NCBI RefSeq assembly: GCF_009914755.1
Contig: NC_060929.1
Reading direction: 5' to 3' (one strand)
DNA from: the human T2T-CHM13v2.0 reference genome, Homo sapiens
Length of the DNA: 64,000 nucleotides
How positions within the stretch are numbered: position 1 is the first letter of the stretch; every line of letters starts with the position of its first letter. Made by a program: the position numbers and the translations under genes. The notes beneath the pieces are model-generated. The model ran no database searches and was not told where the DNA came from. It saw only the letters and a program-made list of their open reading frames with translations. Of this stretch, positions 43,690 to 58,162 are shown piece by piece.

Positions 43690-44169
43690 AGTTTTCCTTC
43701 CATAATATATACCTTTTCATTTTTCTTTTTAATTATTCCAGTTCATTTTACCATAGGTTTGAAAGAAGAATAGAATGTCCTCTATGATGAACATATGTTA
43801 TACTATTGGCATTTATAAGAAAGGAACTAATATGTTACTCAATCTACAATATTAGATTGTTTTCTAAAAATAATTGGATTTTTATATAAAAATAACGGGA
43901 TTTTTTATATAAAAATAACTGGATTTTTTAAAAATAACTGGATTTTTATATTAAAAAACTGGATTTTTATATAAAAATAACTGGATTTTTAGAAAACAAT
44001 TTAATATTGTAGATTGAGTAACATATTAGTTCCTTTCTTATAAATGCCAATAGTATAGCAGATGTTCATCATAGAGGACATTCTATTCTTCTTTCAAACC
44101 TATGGTAAAATGAACTGGAATAATTAAAAAGAAAAATGAAAAGGTATCTATTATGGAAGGAAAACTATG
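43687..44169. repeat. Long inverted repeat of non-repetitive-looking DNA: 185-bp arms (43687-43871 and 43985-44169) with a 113-bp spacer
   Basis: Manual reverse-complement alignment gives 4 mismatches and no indels. Confidence 0.97.
43866..43990. repeat. Six-copy, roughly 22-bp minisatellite (aaaaataactggatttttatat)
   Basis: Core copies start at 43866, 43888, 43911, 43930, 43953 and 43973. Confidence 0.93.
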
Positions 44170-45388
44170 TAAAATGTTATAAGATGATATTTTTTCTTTA
44201 GATGTACCCTTTCAAAGTATAGATAAAAAATGAGTATTTCATGAGCAGGAAAAGTTTTTTAAAATATAAAGGGTCATCACGTTCAGTAAAATTGATGAAA
44301 AAGATAACAAGCATCTGGATAATAATACCAGAAAGGTTCCTGAATAAAAAACATCAGAAATTTGTCAATATCAAATGGGAATTATAATTATGAACATAGG
44401 ACTTGATAAATGAGATGTTAAGGTAAATAATACCTATATAAATAATGAGCAAAAGGCAGTTTAATAAAAAACTCAAATTTCATAATAAATTATATATAAT
44501 TAATAATTTTTTGGATATGCTTTTAAATATTTCTAAATTGATATGAAATATAAGTAAATACATTTTGGCCATTGCATGTGCCAAGAATTCTTAGCTTCAT
44601 AAACAAGATTTTTTAAAGTCATGAAAAGGTTAAATTATTTGGCCACATTGAATATAGGTATATTTTTCTCATACATGTGTCCTTGGTTTTCCTCAGATAC
44701 TCAAATGCAAGTCTGTAACCTCCAAATTTCTAGATTCACTAATTTTAGATTATACTTTCTTATGAGAGTTAATAAGGCACGTTTTAATTACACCAAAATG
44801 CCTGCTATCGCCAGAATAGAGTAGATATTTTATAGTAAAGTTGCACGTAAAGTGTAGTTAAAATCATGTACTAAATATCATTTTTCCTACATAATAATGT
44901 ATATTTGATGACTAAATAATCTTATTTTTTTATATAATCTCTATAATTTTATGTTTGTCTGTATCTTTGCATTATAGATTTATCTATCCTTAAAAATATT
45001 CTCAGTAAAAACCAAACAGTACAGAGAAAGGAGTTATTTTGAAAATTGTTTATACTTAATATTTAATATTTTCCATTGGTGCGTTTAATGTCGTTGTCTA
45101 TAAATTCTTGGAAAATTGGGAATATTTTGAAAATTAAACTTTAATTTTATTTCCGGTAATAATATCCTAGTTATAATAGCTGTACATCTATTCATTAACC
45201 AAAGATTTGGACAGTGAATTGTGAATGTGTGAATTGAGTATCTTTTAAGAAGGATTAGGTAAAAAATTTGATTAACCAAACTTCAGTGAGTAATTATAAG
45301 ACTGATGCTTGTGCTCAGTTACATTTAAAATAGCGGTAGAATTGTTTCTTTTGTATTCATAAGCTAAAGACCATTTTCCCCTCTTAGT

Positions 45389-45911
45389 TGTGATGGTTAT
45401 TGTATTTGTCAAATTGACTGGGTTAAGGGATGCCCAGAGAGCTAATAAAGCCTTATTTCTGGATGTGTCTGTGAAGTTTGAACCAATAGATTGAGTAAAG
45501 AAGATTGTGCTCGTCATTTAGTGTGAGCGTCAGCCCATCCATTGAGGGTCCAAATAGAACAACAACAACAACAAATAGAAGAAAAGGAAATTTACTCTCC
45601 GCTTGAGGTGGGACATCATCTTCTCTTGCCCTAGGACACTGGAGCTCTTGGGTCTCAGGGCTTAGGACATGGACCAGGTTCTACACCCCTGAGCCTCCAG
45701 TTCTTGGACCTTCCCTCCAACATGTACTGGAACTTATACCCCATTGGGTGCCTTGGTTCTCAGGCCTTCCAATTTGGACTGGAATTTCACCAGCAGCTTT
45801 CCTGGGTCTCCAGCTTGCAAAAGACAGATCGTGAAATTTTTTGGCCTCCATAATCACATGTGCCAATTTCTCATAATATCTATCTAGCTAGCTAGTTAGC
45901 TTCGATCTATC

Positions 45912-45958
<47 letters not shown>

Positions 45959-46097
45959 ATCTATCTATCTATCATCTATCTAGTTACCATCTATCATCTA
46001 TCTATCTATCATCTATCTATCTATCTCTCATCTATCTATCTATCTCTTATCCATCTCTCCTATTGGTTCTCTTCTCTGGAGCATCCTGACTAATATA
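45389..46097 (+). mobile_element. MLT2 (C/D-like) ERVL solo LTR
   Basis: 'tgtgatggtta...gtcaaattgactgggttaagggatgcccaga' start and 'cctattggttctcttctctggagcatcctgactaatata' end. Confidence 0.88.
45877..46052. repeat. Compound (TATC)n/GATA tetranucleotide STR inside MLT2
   Basis: Direct read. Contains a pure run of about 11 units. Confidence 0.95.
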
Positions 46098-46817
46098 CTA
46101 GTCTACGCAGTAATTTTAAATGAGATGAAAATTATTGATCTAAGTACCAGATATAGATACAGATATCTTTGGGGAGGGTTCGTTGAAGGATCAGTTTTTT
46201 AGCTCATGGAGAATTGAAATGGATGTACCAGGAAAATAAGAATAATGAGTTGTTATGACAACTGACACAGAAAAAGCACAGAGTGGGTGATATAAAGAGA
46301 ACTTCCTTTCATAGAGGCTAAAAATAAGATGGAAGTTTTCTGAGAAGTTGAATAACCCTGACATATCCTATCCTGGATGTCATTAATTATCACATGCTCG
46401 ACACTGGTAAACATTTCCGGACATGGAGTAAAGACATATCTGGACAACCTGAATAGGAAAAAGGTCATAAAATAAACTAATCTATTGATCAAATTAAACT
46501 GAATCAAGCAGAGAGGGAATTGACTATTATCTCTTATACTATTATACTATCAAGCAGAGAAGGCTTCCCTATGAATGGGAAGGAGAAAACTCACCATCTC
46601 TGTTAATCCTATGACTTACAGCATACCTAGACAGGATTGTTTAAGATAGCAACTAGTAAATCTGGTGATCAAAATTTTGACTGCAAATGTCTGTCATAAA
46701 TCCACACATTCATGTATTGTCTATTATATATTTAGATATAAATGCCTGTATATGCATATATAGTAGGCATGTGTACATTTATAAATATACCAATATACGC
46801 ATATATATATATATTTC

Positions 46818-46856
<39 letters not shown>

Positions 46857-46886
46857 CATGTATATGTACATAGAGAGAGAAAGAGA

Positions 46887-47480
46887 CAGGCATGAATTGC
46901 TTAATGGTAGGGATACATTCTGAGAAATGCATCCTTATGTGATTTTGTCATTGTACAAACATCACTGAATGTTCTTACACAAACCTAGATAGTACAGCCT
47001 ATTATACACCTAGGCTATGTGGTATAGCCTATTGTTTTTAGGCTACAAACCTGTATACTATGTTACTGTAGGCAATTTTAACACAATGGTAGATATTTCT
47101 GTATCTAACCATATGTAAACATAGAAAGGTATAGTAAATATAGAGTAAAAGATTTTAAAAAAATGGTGCACCTGTATAAGGCACTTGCCATGAATGGAGC
47201 TTGAAGGATTGGAAGTTGCTCAGAGTCAGTGAGTGAGTGGTGAATAAATGTGAAGGCCTAAGGACATTCTGGTTCACTGCTGAAGACTTTAGAAGCACTG
47301 CACACTTAGGCTACATTAAATTACTTTTTAAAATTCAGTAATTGTGCTACAAGATTACAACGGGTAAGACATAACTAGGCAACGGGAAATTCTCAGCTGC
47401 ATTATAATCTTATAGAACCACTTTCATATATGTGATCTGTTGTTGACTGAAAGAAACATCGCTATGAAGTGCATGATTGT
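46887..47480 (+). mobile_element. Tigger3-family deletion derivative (about 600 bp)
   Basis: 'caggcatgaattgcttaatggtagggatacattctgagaaatgcatc...acacaaacctagat...gtgcatgattg'. Confidence 0.85.
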
Positions 47481-48825
47481 GTATGTGAGTGTGTGTGTCT
47501 CTGTGTGTGTTTATGTGTGTGTATATATGTGTATATATGTGTGTGTTTGTGTGTGTGTATATATATATATATATATTCAAACAAGAACCACAGCATTTTT
47601 TAGGAGATTTTGAAAAATAAAACAGTTAAAGCTAAATATTAATTCCACATTACAAAATGAAAACAGTATTATATTTATAAAATAAGAAGCCTAAGCACAA
47701 ATCAACTTGGTATACCCTAAATGCAACTGCCTGTTTTAGCTACTAATTAAAAATTCTTCTTCATACTATTCTTCAATAGTAAAACTATTGAAACCCTTAA
47801 GCAAATGTTGCCAGTGATAATTTCTGGACTCTCTTCTTTCAATAGCCATAATCTAGAGCTGTGGTCTTTTTGGTCTGAGCTATATTAGTCACATGTTAAT
47901 ATGTAACAGAATAGTCTTATGCCTGTATCATGGCTTTTAATATGTATGACTGATAATTCTCAGTCTGCCCATAGCAATTGCTTGAAGCTGATACTTTGTT
48001 ATAGTCAGATGCAGAAAATGAATTGAAATTAATTATAAGAATGTAAAAAGAGATTTCTTCTAATACAGATCTTCACTTTTCAATGTTCAATCTTTTAACT
48101 ACATGAAGTTAAGAGAAGCTTTGCAAGCAGTTTCTACTACTATTTGTAATTTTTAGCATTACACTTTTTATATGTTAACAAACTTTTAACAATATATTTT
48201 CTTAAACATCATAATTATGTAAACATTTTTAACATCATCTTTAAGCTGCAAGATAATTTATCAAATTTATGCTACCAAACTTGTATTTAGCTTTGATCCT
48301 TCCATTAGGTACACATATTTAGAACTGAATGTTCTAGAATCATTTCTACTTATTTTTATTATACACAAATTCCAGTTAATGGGCACTCATTTGCTATTTT
48401 TTAGTCTCTGGAATTTCACCTTATATTGTATAATTCATAATGCCAAGTAATTAAAAGTGGCAGAAGAATGTATAAATCAATAAATAGATTTTTACAGCCA
48501 TTTAAACATCAAACATAAATGGCATACTATGAGAAACATTATCTTAGTGTCTGTAGGAGGATGAACTTGTTTTTGCTAGGTTGTGATTGCTAAATAATTC
48601 TCAATTGACTTCTAACAAGCCATTAACATATTCTAAATATTATAGCTCATGATCTCAATGATTTTTTGAAGGGTCGTACATTTTGGTGTTTATAGATTTT
48701 GACATTTTGCTAATGCATGACCACCTTGAACAATTAAGTTATATGAATTGTACAAATTTACTCTTCAATACTACCAATCACCCTTAACATAATTATTAAC
48801 ATAATTATTTTTAAACTTAGAAATA

Positions 48826-49168
48826 GAATCATACATTGCTTAAAAATGGGGATATATCTTGAGAAATGCATCCTTAGGTGATTCTTTGTAGTTGTGCAAA
48901 CATCGTAGAGTGTACTTAAACAAACTTAGATGGTATAGCCTAAGACACACTTACACTATATGATATGACCTATTGCTCCTAGGGTGCAAACCTGTATACT
49001 GTGTTACTGTACTGAATACTTCAGGCAATCATAACACAGTGATATTTGTGTATCTAAATATGTATAACAGGAAAGGTAGAGTAAAAATATGGTATCATAA
49101 TCTTATGGGACCACCATCATATGTGTAGTCTGTCAATGACCAAAATGCCATTATGTGGCACATGACTG
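48826..49168 (+). mobile_element. Tigger3a-like element (about 345 bp)
   Basis: 'gagaaatgcatccttaggtgatt...taatcttatgggaccaccatcatatgtgtagtc...gcacatgactg|ta'. Confidence 0.85.
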
Positions 49169-49544
49169 TAAAGAGATAGTATATAGATATTACCACTCAT
49201 TTAAATGTTGAAATCAAAGTCTACAATTCTTGACTCTCAATTCCAAAACTGTGAATCTATGTGAACTTGAAGCTAAAGCATATTCTGTGGGAAATTTCAC
49301 ACAAATTGGAAGAAAATTATTTTTAATATTTATTTCAGTTAGTGTGAATATTCACATATTTCACTAGAAAAATTGTGTTGTTTTTTATTGAATGTGCTTC
49401 CACAGATCCCACATATGTTACCCATTATAAGTATATACAATCTTCCAAAACCCCAAAATTCTGAAGCCCAAAGCAAACTTGTCCATAAAGATCAGATATT
49501 ATGTACCTAAATCAAAATTAAATAGTAAATCAAGTTTATATACT

Positions 49545-49981
49545 ATATTAGTTAAAGCAATGCATGATTCTATAACAAATAACTTCTTAATTTCAGTAGT
49601 TTAAAAAATAAGAAATGTATTTCTTATGCTCATAACATTTTAAGAGCTCTGAACCTATGCAAGCACCTTTCTGTCATATTATGCTTTTGGGTTTCATACA
49701 GCTTGCTGTGGATTTGTCAAGCTCTAGGTCCCCTTGTTACCAGTTGATGGAATAATGTAGTGTATGAGAAAGAAATATTAATTCCTAATACTTTTTTTCT
49801 GGAAGTAATGTTCATTAATGTGCCTTGTGTTCTATGGCTGAGAACTAACTACATAGCCACACTACATGCATGAGAGAATCACAACGTTGCCTATGGTTGT
49901 ACAGACCCTTTGGAGACATGTGTCTCTGTTCTGAAAGAGTGAGCATAGATTTTTGGTGGATACCAAAAAGTCTGTGCCACA
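49545..49981 (-). mobile_element. Old MLT1 (J/K-like) LTR
   Basis: 'ctataacaaataacttcttaatttcagtagtttaa...tatttctt' start and 'agtctgtgccaca' end. Confidence 0.5.
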
Positions 49982-50863
49982 GTGTTTGTTGTTAAATTAT
50001 GCAGCCAACTCCGAATATGTAACTTTCACAACCAGAATTACATTCCACTAGCTATAATTTAAGAATATTCTTTGTTATTTTGATGTTTTTGGCTGCTTAA
50101 GCTAAAAGGAAAAGTGACTTTTTTCTTCCTATTTTATTTAGAGAAGATTCAAGTTATAGATAAGATCTTTGTTTCTTTCTTTCTCAAATATGTAACTATT
50201 ACATATTATTATATATAATACACTTCATATATACAATATTCCCCTAATTGAATATTCTGATGAAATTTGTAGATCTATCTGTACAGGGTCCCAGGAAATC
50301 CCACTTTGGGTGTAGATACTGGAAACTGTACCAGGTTACTTAGGGAAGTAGTATGCACATGAAAACTTGAACATTGTATGTGGATTTATCAATATCGACT
50401 GCATGCTCACCAATAGAAAGTGGTATCTGTCTTCTGAAAGATGGTGTTTCTTACAATTTGGATTTCTTGATGGTTTTAGATTTATGTTTTTTTTCATTTT
50501 CCTGTTTATTTTATTTTTATTTGTTGTCATCAAAGAATATAATCATCCTCTACATTCCTTGATGGATTATAAACAACACATGCATAGTAACCATTTCTTC
50601 CCTTCCCTCCTCCAGGTATAATCTAAACAGAAGTTTAGCAGCAAATAAGCTAGGAAGCAGTGAGCAAGAAGAGCGATGAAAGCAGAATAATCAGGCTCTG
50701 TTTATTCATTGCAGGCTTCCAGCCTGAAGCAACATGACAAAAAATTGCATATATAAAATTTAGTTTAAAAACTTACAAATGAGTATGTTACATATGATTT
50801 TATTTATGTAAAATTTGTAAAAAGACAAAACAAATTCATGGTCTTGGAAATTAATATAGTGAT

Positions 50864-51222
50864 TGCAGTGAGGTGAATGGTGGCCCCCACAAAAGATATG
50901 GCCATGTCCTAATTCCTGGGACTGTTCAATGTAATCTTAATTTGAAAGAGGGTCTTTTCAGTTCTAGTTAATTTAGGGCACTAAAAATGAGATTACTTTC
51001 AATTATAGTGGGAAGCCAAAAATTCAATGACAAGTACCTCAATAAAAGATGCACAGAGGAAAATAACATGCAAAGATGGAAGCAGAGATGGGAGTGATGC
51101 GGCTACAAGCAAAGGAATTCCTGGGGCCATCGAGCTGGAAGAGGCAAACAATAATTCTCTCCTGGTCTTCTGAGGAAGTATGGCCCTGCCACCATCTTGA
51201 TTTCAGATTTCTGGGTTCCAGA
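50864..51222 (+). mobile_element. MLT1B/C-like LTR within an old L1M 3' remnant
   Basis: 'tgaatggtggccccc...atgtcctaattcctgg...gaagcagagatgggagtgatgcggctacaagc...tggccctgccaccatcttgatttcagatttctgg'. Confidence 0.8.
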
Positions 51223-52504
51223 TACTTTCAATGTATGACAATTCACTGACTTACACACTTACGAGTGATAAACTTTTCTATTGCTATACTTTTAATCATT
51301 TTTATTACAAAAAGCCAATTGTTTTGGTAATAAAGGGCAGACGAATTAGATTAGACGAGGAAAGCTCATTGTCCCCTTAAATACTCATCTACATTTTCAA
51401 CAGAGCTGATGATAGCATATTGGATCCTATTACAGAAAGTTGTAAAATTAATACAGTGCTATATATGGAGTAAATTAAAATTGTAGTAATAGAGAGTAGA
51501 GGAAATATACATTTTTCTCTTTTCTGGTATCTAATATTTTTATTACAATTCATTCTCCAGTATCTGCTTGTAAGGGCTATCTTCTTTAAGGTTTTGATTT
51601 TAAAAGATTAGAAAAAAAGTGGGCTCCATCAATTCAGTTTTCCAATAAAAATCACTAAGCTCATTCAAATCCAAACTGAGGTATCTAGCTTTGCTCAATT
51701 AATATATTATGGTATCATCTTCTGATTATGTTACTATAAATTTCACTTGAAAACTCAGGGCAAGGACTGACATTTCACATAAAGCACTCATGCTTTAATA
51801 CTTGTGGTGAGTATGATCAATTTTAAAATGGATTGCATTTACACATTAATACAAACAAGAATGGGACAATTTTGGATTTTTAAAGACAACATTTCCTCTT
51901 TTCTTTCTCACAGAATAGACCACATGTAGAATATTCTTGAATTTGAGTCTATATAAAAGCTTGAGGTTTGATATCCTAAAGCATCTTTAATTTTGTGTGT
52001 TTAGCATATGTTATGCAATGTACTTGTTTCACAAGATTTTCTTTTTAAGACTAGCCTATGCTAAGTCATAAAGAAATGGTGATGATAATGATGATAACAA
52101 AAACTCTGAATTTCCTGTGAATCATGAAAACTATTTCTCTTTTTCCTTTGCAATCTGGGAAAATTCTCCAAATTAGTATGTATATAGTATAGACTTGAAA
52201 GAACAGAAAATATTCTTATTGTGTGAAAGGAGGAACTATTTTATTGAATGGCCTTTTCTCCTCCTCATCTGGCCTTCTATACATTCAGTAACACAGAACA
52301 CTTCAAGATCCTCAGGAGCAGAGCTTGTTCCTAATAGATAGTAAGTAGTAATTTTGATTCCTATTACTGTCATATTTACATTACAGGCAATTAATATTTA
52401 TTGATTTATTAGCTAAATTACTTAACTCAGAAAGTGTCTGTAGATGTGGAATTAGATAATTGAGTTACAGTTAGTTGTATGTCTTAAAGTGTAGAGCTGC
52501 TAGA

Positions 52505-53075
52505 TGAACAAACAATTCTACTCCTGATTATATGCCTAAGAGAAAAGAAAAAATATATATCCACACAAAAAAAACCTTGAAAAATGTTCATGGAAGCTTT
52601 ATTCATAATAGCTAAAAAAATGGATCAACCCAGATGGCTATCAACTAACGAAGGAATAAACAATTGTATGACTATGTGATATAGCCATAAAATGGAACAT
52701 TGTTCAACCATAAAGGAAAATAAAGTACTGATACTGCTACAACATGGATGATCCTTGAAAATGTTGCATTAAGTGAAATAAGTTTGACACAGAATGTCAC
52801 ATATTGTATAATCTAATTTACATAAAATGTCCAGCATAGAAAAAAATCATAAAGTCAGAAAGTATGTGAATGTGTTTGAAGGGTTTGGGTGGAAGTGAAT
52901 ATCAAGAGTTACATAATAGGCATGAGTGTTTTGGGAAGGCTCAGGAAAATGTTATGGAATTAGACAACCATAGATGCATAACCCTTTGAGTATATTAAAA
53001 ACTACTAAATTGTACACTTTAAAAAGATAAAATTTATGTTATGTGAATATCAATTAAGCTATAATTTAAAAATAA
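52505..53075 (+). mobile_element. Old LINE-1 3' end (L1MB/ME-like)
   Basis: 'caattctactcctg...atgttcatggaagctttattcataatagc...acaacatggatgatccttgaaaa...aattgtacactttaaaa'. Confidence 0.75.
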
Positions 53076-55824
53076 CTTTATATACAATTCTTGAAAGTTC
53101 TTAGAGGAAAATTTATCGTCTTATTTCTTTCCTATTTCACAAACTGGTATATAATGTTTTGGTTTTCATATGACAAATGCTAAGAATTTAAAAATATGTG
53201 AAGAAATATCCCTCACGGAGAGAAATTTGTAGCTTTTGGATACAAGAAGGAATACTTTTTGGTGTACAATTCTTATGCCTATGTGCATCGTGGATTTTCT
53301 TGTTTTACTCTTCCGACATCATTAACATCACTGTAATGGTCTTCGGCATCATAAGTCCAACATGTTAAACCATTGCTAGCTTTCACAGATGTTGGCAAAA
53401 CTCTCAGTATGAATTATCCACTTTATTCCTGAGAATCTCCTTTTGAGGTAGATGCCTTAAAAATATGAATATTTTAAATAAAAAAGTTGTAGCTTTGAGT
53501 GGTTAAGTAAGCCACACGAGGTAATTCAGATGATAGAAGGGCCAATACTAAAATTCAGATGAATCTGACACTAGAATATATTCTAAATCCTCTTCCTATA
53601 TTGTCTGCAGGGTAAATTAAATAACATGAGACGTGGAAGGCATACAAGCACAGACCTCTATATAGTCTATGCTTTTTTCAATATTTAATTTGAAACTTAA
53701 TTTTTTATTTGCATACACTTTTATTCTTCAGAAATACAATGTTAGCTATCTTCCTAGGTTATCATTTGGCCACTTACACTGAATACACTTTCAGAAATCA
53801 TTATCAGTGAAAAATGTTCGTTTCTACAAGTATTGGATTGCTTAAACAGCATATTTCCAACTTTTCAGCCAATTTAAATCTACCGTTATATTGTAAGTTA
53901 GAATCATAGACAGGTGTTTCTGATTTATAGCAATAAATGACTGTTATTCTTTCTGGTTTTAATCAACAGTGTCAGTGTCAGTGTTAAAAACGCAACTTCT
54001 AATTTAGTAAAACCTTATCACTAGATACCTTGTAGGCAGCAAATGGCAGAAAAAATAATTAGAGACTTCTAAAAATAGTTTTCAAATGATTCCTCTAATT
54101 CATTTCAGTATAACAAGAATTACACTTAACATTCTTTTTTACCTCACTTTAGAAATATTTGTTAATAAAGAGCATAGTTTGAAAAGTCAAGAAGTGTTTG
54201 CTCCCTGTGAATAACAAGTCAATTTTTACAGGGTTCTTTTGGCATGTGGAATAGTTGTCTTCTCCAATTTAATATCCAGTAAAGAATTATATCTAAAGTA
54301 TGTAATACATAGAAATTAATGTCAGAAATACTAAAGTTTGTTGATTTTCTTGGCAGTCAAAGAAGAAAGACAGTATCATTTTTTCAACTTAGAATAATTT
54401 CTTTTGAGTATATTCAAATACAGCAAGCTGAGCAGCTTGGAGAGTGGGCCATGACTCAGATTTATAATATTAAAGCATATTTGATATCTATGAGACCTAC
54501 TTGCTATAGTGTGTGATTAATATTGCATATTTGCCTTTCAAATTAAATAATTATTTAATTTAATTAAGCCTGTTTTTATATTATTGTAATGTGCTCATTG
54601 ACATTTCTGCCCATACCTATTTAGATAGGGCAAACTTCTAAAGCAAGGAAGTGCAAAATTGCTGAATTAAATAATATGAAACATTATATGGATTATAATA
54701 AAAATTGCTCAATTGTTCTAAAAAATCAGTACTAATTTATATTCCATTCTGCCATGTGAGAGAATCGCTATTTCATTACGATAGTGCTAAAATTTATATT
54801 AATGTTAGCCAATTTGATAAATGACAAATATACTTTATTATTATCTCCATAGCTATTTATATAAGTTTCAAGGGATTAGGACTTTTGTTTACCTTTGGTG
54901 AACTTGTACTAAAAGTTTTCTTTTTATGAGAATTACTTCTATAATTTCATTCATAAATTTGATATTTCATTGTTTCTATTTTTTAGCAGTATACTTTAAT
55001 GTAAGAGCATGTACTTTTCTGCTGAAGAGTTATTGGTTCAAATCCTAGCTCGGCTAATTAATAGGTGTCTTTCTTCATCAAACATGATATCTCATGCCAG
55101 TAAAATATCCAATAACCCCATGAGATAATAGGAATGATAGGTACACAATAAGGATACTAGTAGAAATCCAAAAAGTCTTGTATGTCAGAAGCCATAGATG
55201 TCTATTTGTATGTTTTACACATACAAATATATGTTAGCCTTTATTAACAAGCAAGAGAGCTTATATGTCTGTATGTATTTAACACTGGGAGACAAGAAGT
55301 GCTTTGGGGTGGATCTGGATGAAGATAAGACAAGAATGGAGGGTCTTCACCTACAAATTCCCTTAGACTGATGGGAAGTACCTAAAGTTAGAGGAACTAG
55401 AGTCAGTCACGACAGAACAATTTCAGAAATTCTTTGCGAAACTCAGTATAAGTAGAAATGCTTTGGAGAATTAGTGATGTGTGGATCATTGTGTGCGGGG
55501 ATTGCTTTTCCATGACTCTGCATGGAACCTAGCAACTTACTAGGTTCCAAAGAAATTTGGGCTCAATCAGAAATCTCAAGTATGGAACAAATGCTAGATT
55601 CTCAAAATGGGCTTTAGCATATACAAAATGCATCTAGTGTGTGGCAGAAAGTACACATGGATAAATAGCTATGAATCAATAAATGCAGTTTGTAGAGTGC
55701 AGTTTTGACCCCTTGGAGACACTCATGAACAACCATAAAATGGAGTAAAGTCCTGCTCTTTGTGTAGGAGGACCTACAGAGCTGGCAGGCATTTAGGTTA
55801 ACAAAGGTTTATTTTTTAAATGAA

Positions 55825-56186
<362 letters not shown>

Positions 56187-56719
56187 TTAAATGAAATTTT
56201 ATAGGCATTGTTACCTATCCTTTTGATTACATGTTGTTATACTCTCCCTCTTCAAATCTAATAGAAATATTAAATTGCATTTTCTTTCACCACCTCTGTA
56301 GCTTTATTCATGCATGATAAATATTTAACTCATTTGTTTTTTTAATTCTAAAAAAAGAAAACATAAACTGCAGTTTAAATAACAGGCAGACAATAAATTC
56401 AAAATGAAGAGCTCTTCACCGTTATTCAGAAGTAGGATCTAATGTCAGTAGGAGGTGGATCAACGTAAAAAGGCAAGATAATTAGCAGTGGGACCAAGCA
56501 GATATGGCAGTGTCCTGGGTGGCTGGTGATATCTTGAAGAGACCAAGAAGAGTCATTTAAAAAAGATTATCTATAGTAGCATCCCATTTCCGGTCCTGCC
56601 CATGTACATTTAACAAAGACAACATGGTCTACTCATCTAGGCAGTGAACTTACACCTGTAATTAAGGCATCAATCATAAAAACTGTTTATGGAGCAGCAG
56701 TTAGGAAAAGCTGATATCT

Positions 56720-57516
56720 ATTTGTCAAACCTGTTACCTCTCCTAGTGTTTCTTATCTCAGTTAATGAGTACCTTTGACTCCTCTCATTTTTTCAAGTTC
56801 TACTTTCAATCTATCAGCAAATACTGTTGGTTCTTTATTCAAAATAGATAAACACCTGAACACTTCTCACCACATCCACAGGTACCACCTTGTCCAAGCT
56901 GTTGTAGTAATCTTCCTCAGGTCTCCCTTTTAGGCCTTTGCCTCCTGACATTCTGCTCAACACTAACAATTAGTTATCTGGTCATGATGCTCCAGCCCTC
57001 CATTGATTTTCTGTCTTACAGATAATTAAATCTAAATTATCTGAACAACCTAGGAATGCCTCCAGGATCTGACCTGCAGTGGCCTTTCAAAGTCGCCATT
57101 TTGATTCCTGTCCCACCCCTCTCCCTCTTCTAGCTGCACTAGCCTTCTTGCTGTCCCCACCATCACTAGCTATGTTCCAGCCTAATGGCCTCTGCTCTTG
57201 CCAGTCCAGGAACTTAGAAAGCTCTTTCCTCAGAGACCTTGATAGCTCGATGGCTATCTCTAAGATCCTGACCAAATTTCACCTTCTCCACGAAACCATC
57301 CCTTTCTATACAATGTAAAGCTGAATGTCCATCTTTAGTCCCCAGACTACCTAGTCCTCTGACTTACTTCATTTTGTTCCATAATACTTTTTTTTAATTC
57401 ATTTCTTCTGAATCATCTGCCTGATTCCAGTAGAGTATAAGTTGCTTAAGTACAAAGATTTTGCCCATCTTTTGTCTGTGTTCACTTATAATTAATAAAT
57501 ATTTTAAATGAATGAA
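56720..57516 (+). mobile_element. L2 3' fragment
   Basis: 'caatctatcagcaaatactgttggttctttattcaaaatagat...cacttctcaccacatccac' and the end 'aataaatattttaaatgaatgaa'. Confidence 0.75.
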
Positions 57517-58092
57517 ATATTTTGGATTCTAAGTTTTAATTAAATTGTAACGTCTCATATATGAAGTTATAAATCACCTTTCATGTCATAAATATAAATG
57601 AGTCCTTGTTTCATAAGTGTAAAAGTATATCATTTAATCTTTAGTTCTGACATAAGTGCTTTGTTATAACTTTTCACTATAGGAATGTTATATTTCAGTA
57701 TAAGATATATTTCAAAGTAAATGAAAGGAGTGAGTAATATTATAACACACTTTCTTCTGCTTTGATTGCAAAGGTAACAAAGATTAAAGTGTGATAATGT
57801 GTGTTCCTCACTTATTTATGAGTAAAAAAGTCAGAAATCATTTAAAAAATAATAAAATAATGCATTAGATGAATCAAATGGAAATTGTCAAGATAAGCTA
57901 AGTTATGTTGTAGCAAAAAACACATGGCATAACTTAGTTACCTAAAACAATAATATTATGGTTCTCATTTTTGTTCCATGCTCATTACTATCCTTGAGAG
58001 AGGCATATGCAGATGAAGCAAGCACTGCCTGAGCCATTGACAGTCACCATGGCCAAGGGCAGGAAAAGCTGGAGGAGGATGGACTTCCTCTC

Positions 58093-58162
58093 ATTAGATT
58101 AGATTAGATTAGATTAGATTAGGCTAGATTGGATTAGATTAGATTGAATTTGATTGGATTGA
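58093..58162. repeat. (ATTAG)n pentanucleotide microsatellite
   Basis: Direct read. Degenerates towards the right. Confidence 0.93.

Noticed and set aside
43866-43990. CRISPR-like spaced direct repeats
   Set aside because: The linkers are 6-10 bp, low complexity and not unique, there are no cas genes, and the context is primate DNA.
51890-51970. Possible short exon (polypyrimidine tract with cag acceptor)
   Set aside because: The donor is weak (gtttga) and there are no partner exons. Such motifs are common in AT-rich DNA.
55523-55549. 10-bp perfect hairpin tggaacctag/ctaggttcca
   Set aside because: Too short to distinguish from background across 64 kb, with no supporting context.
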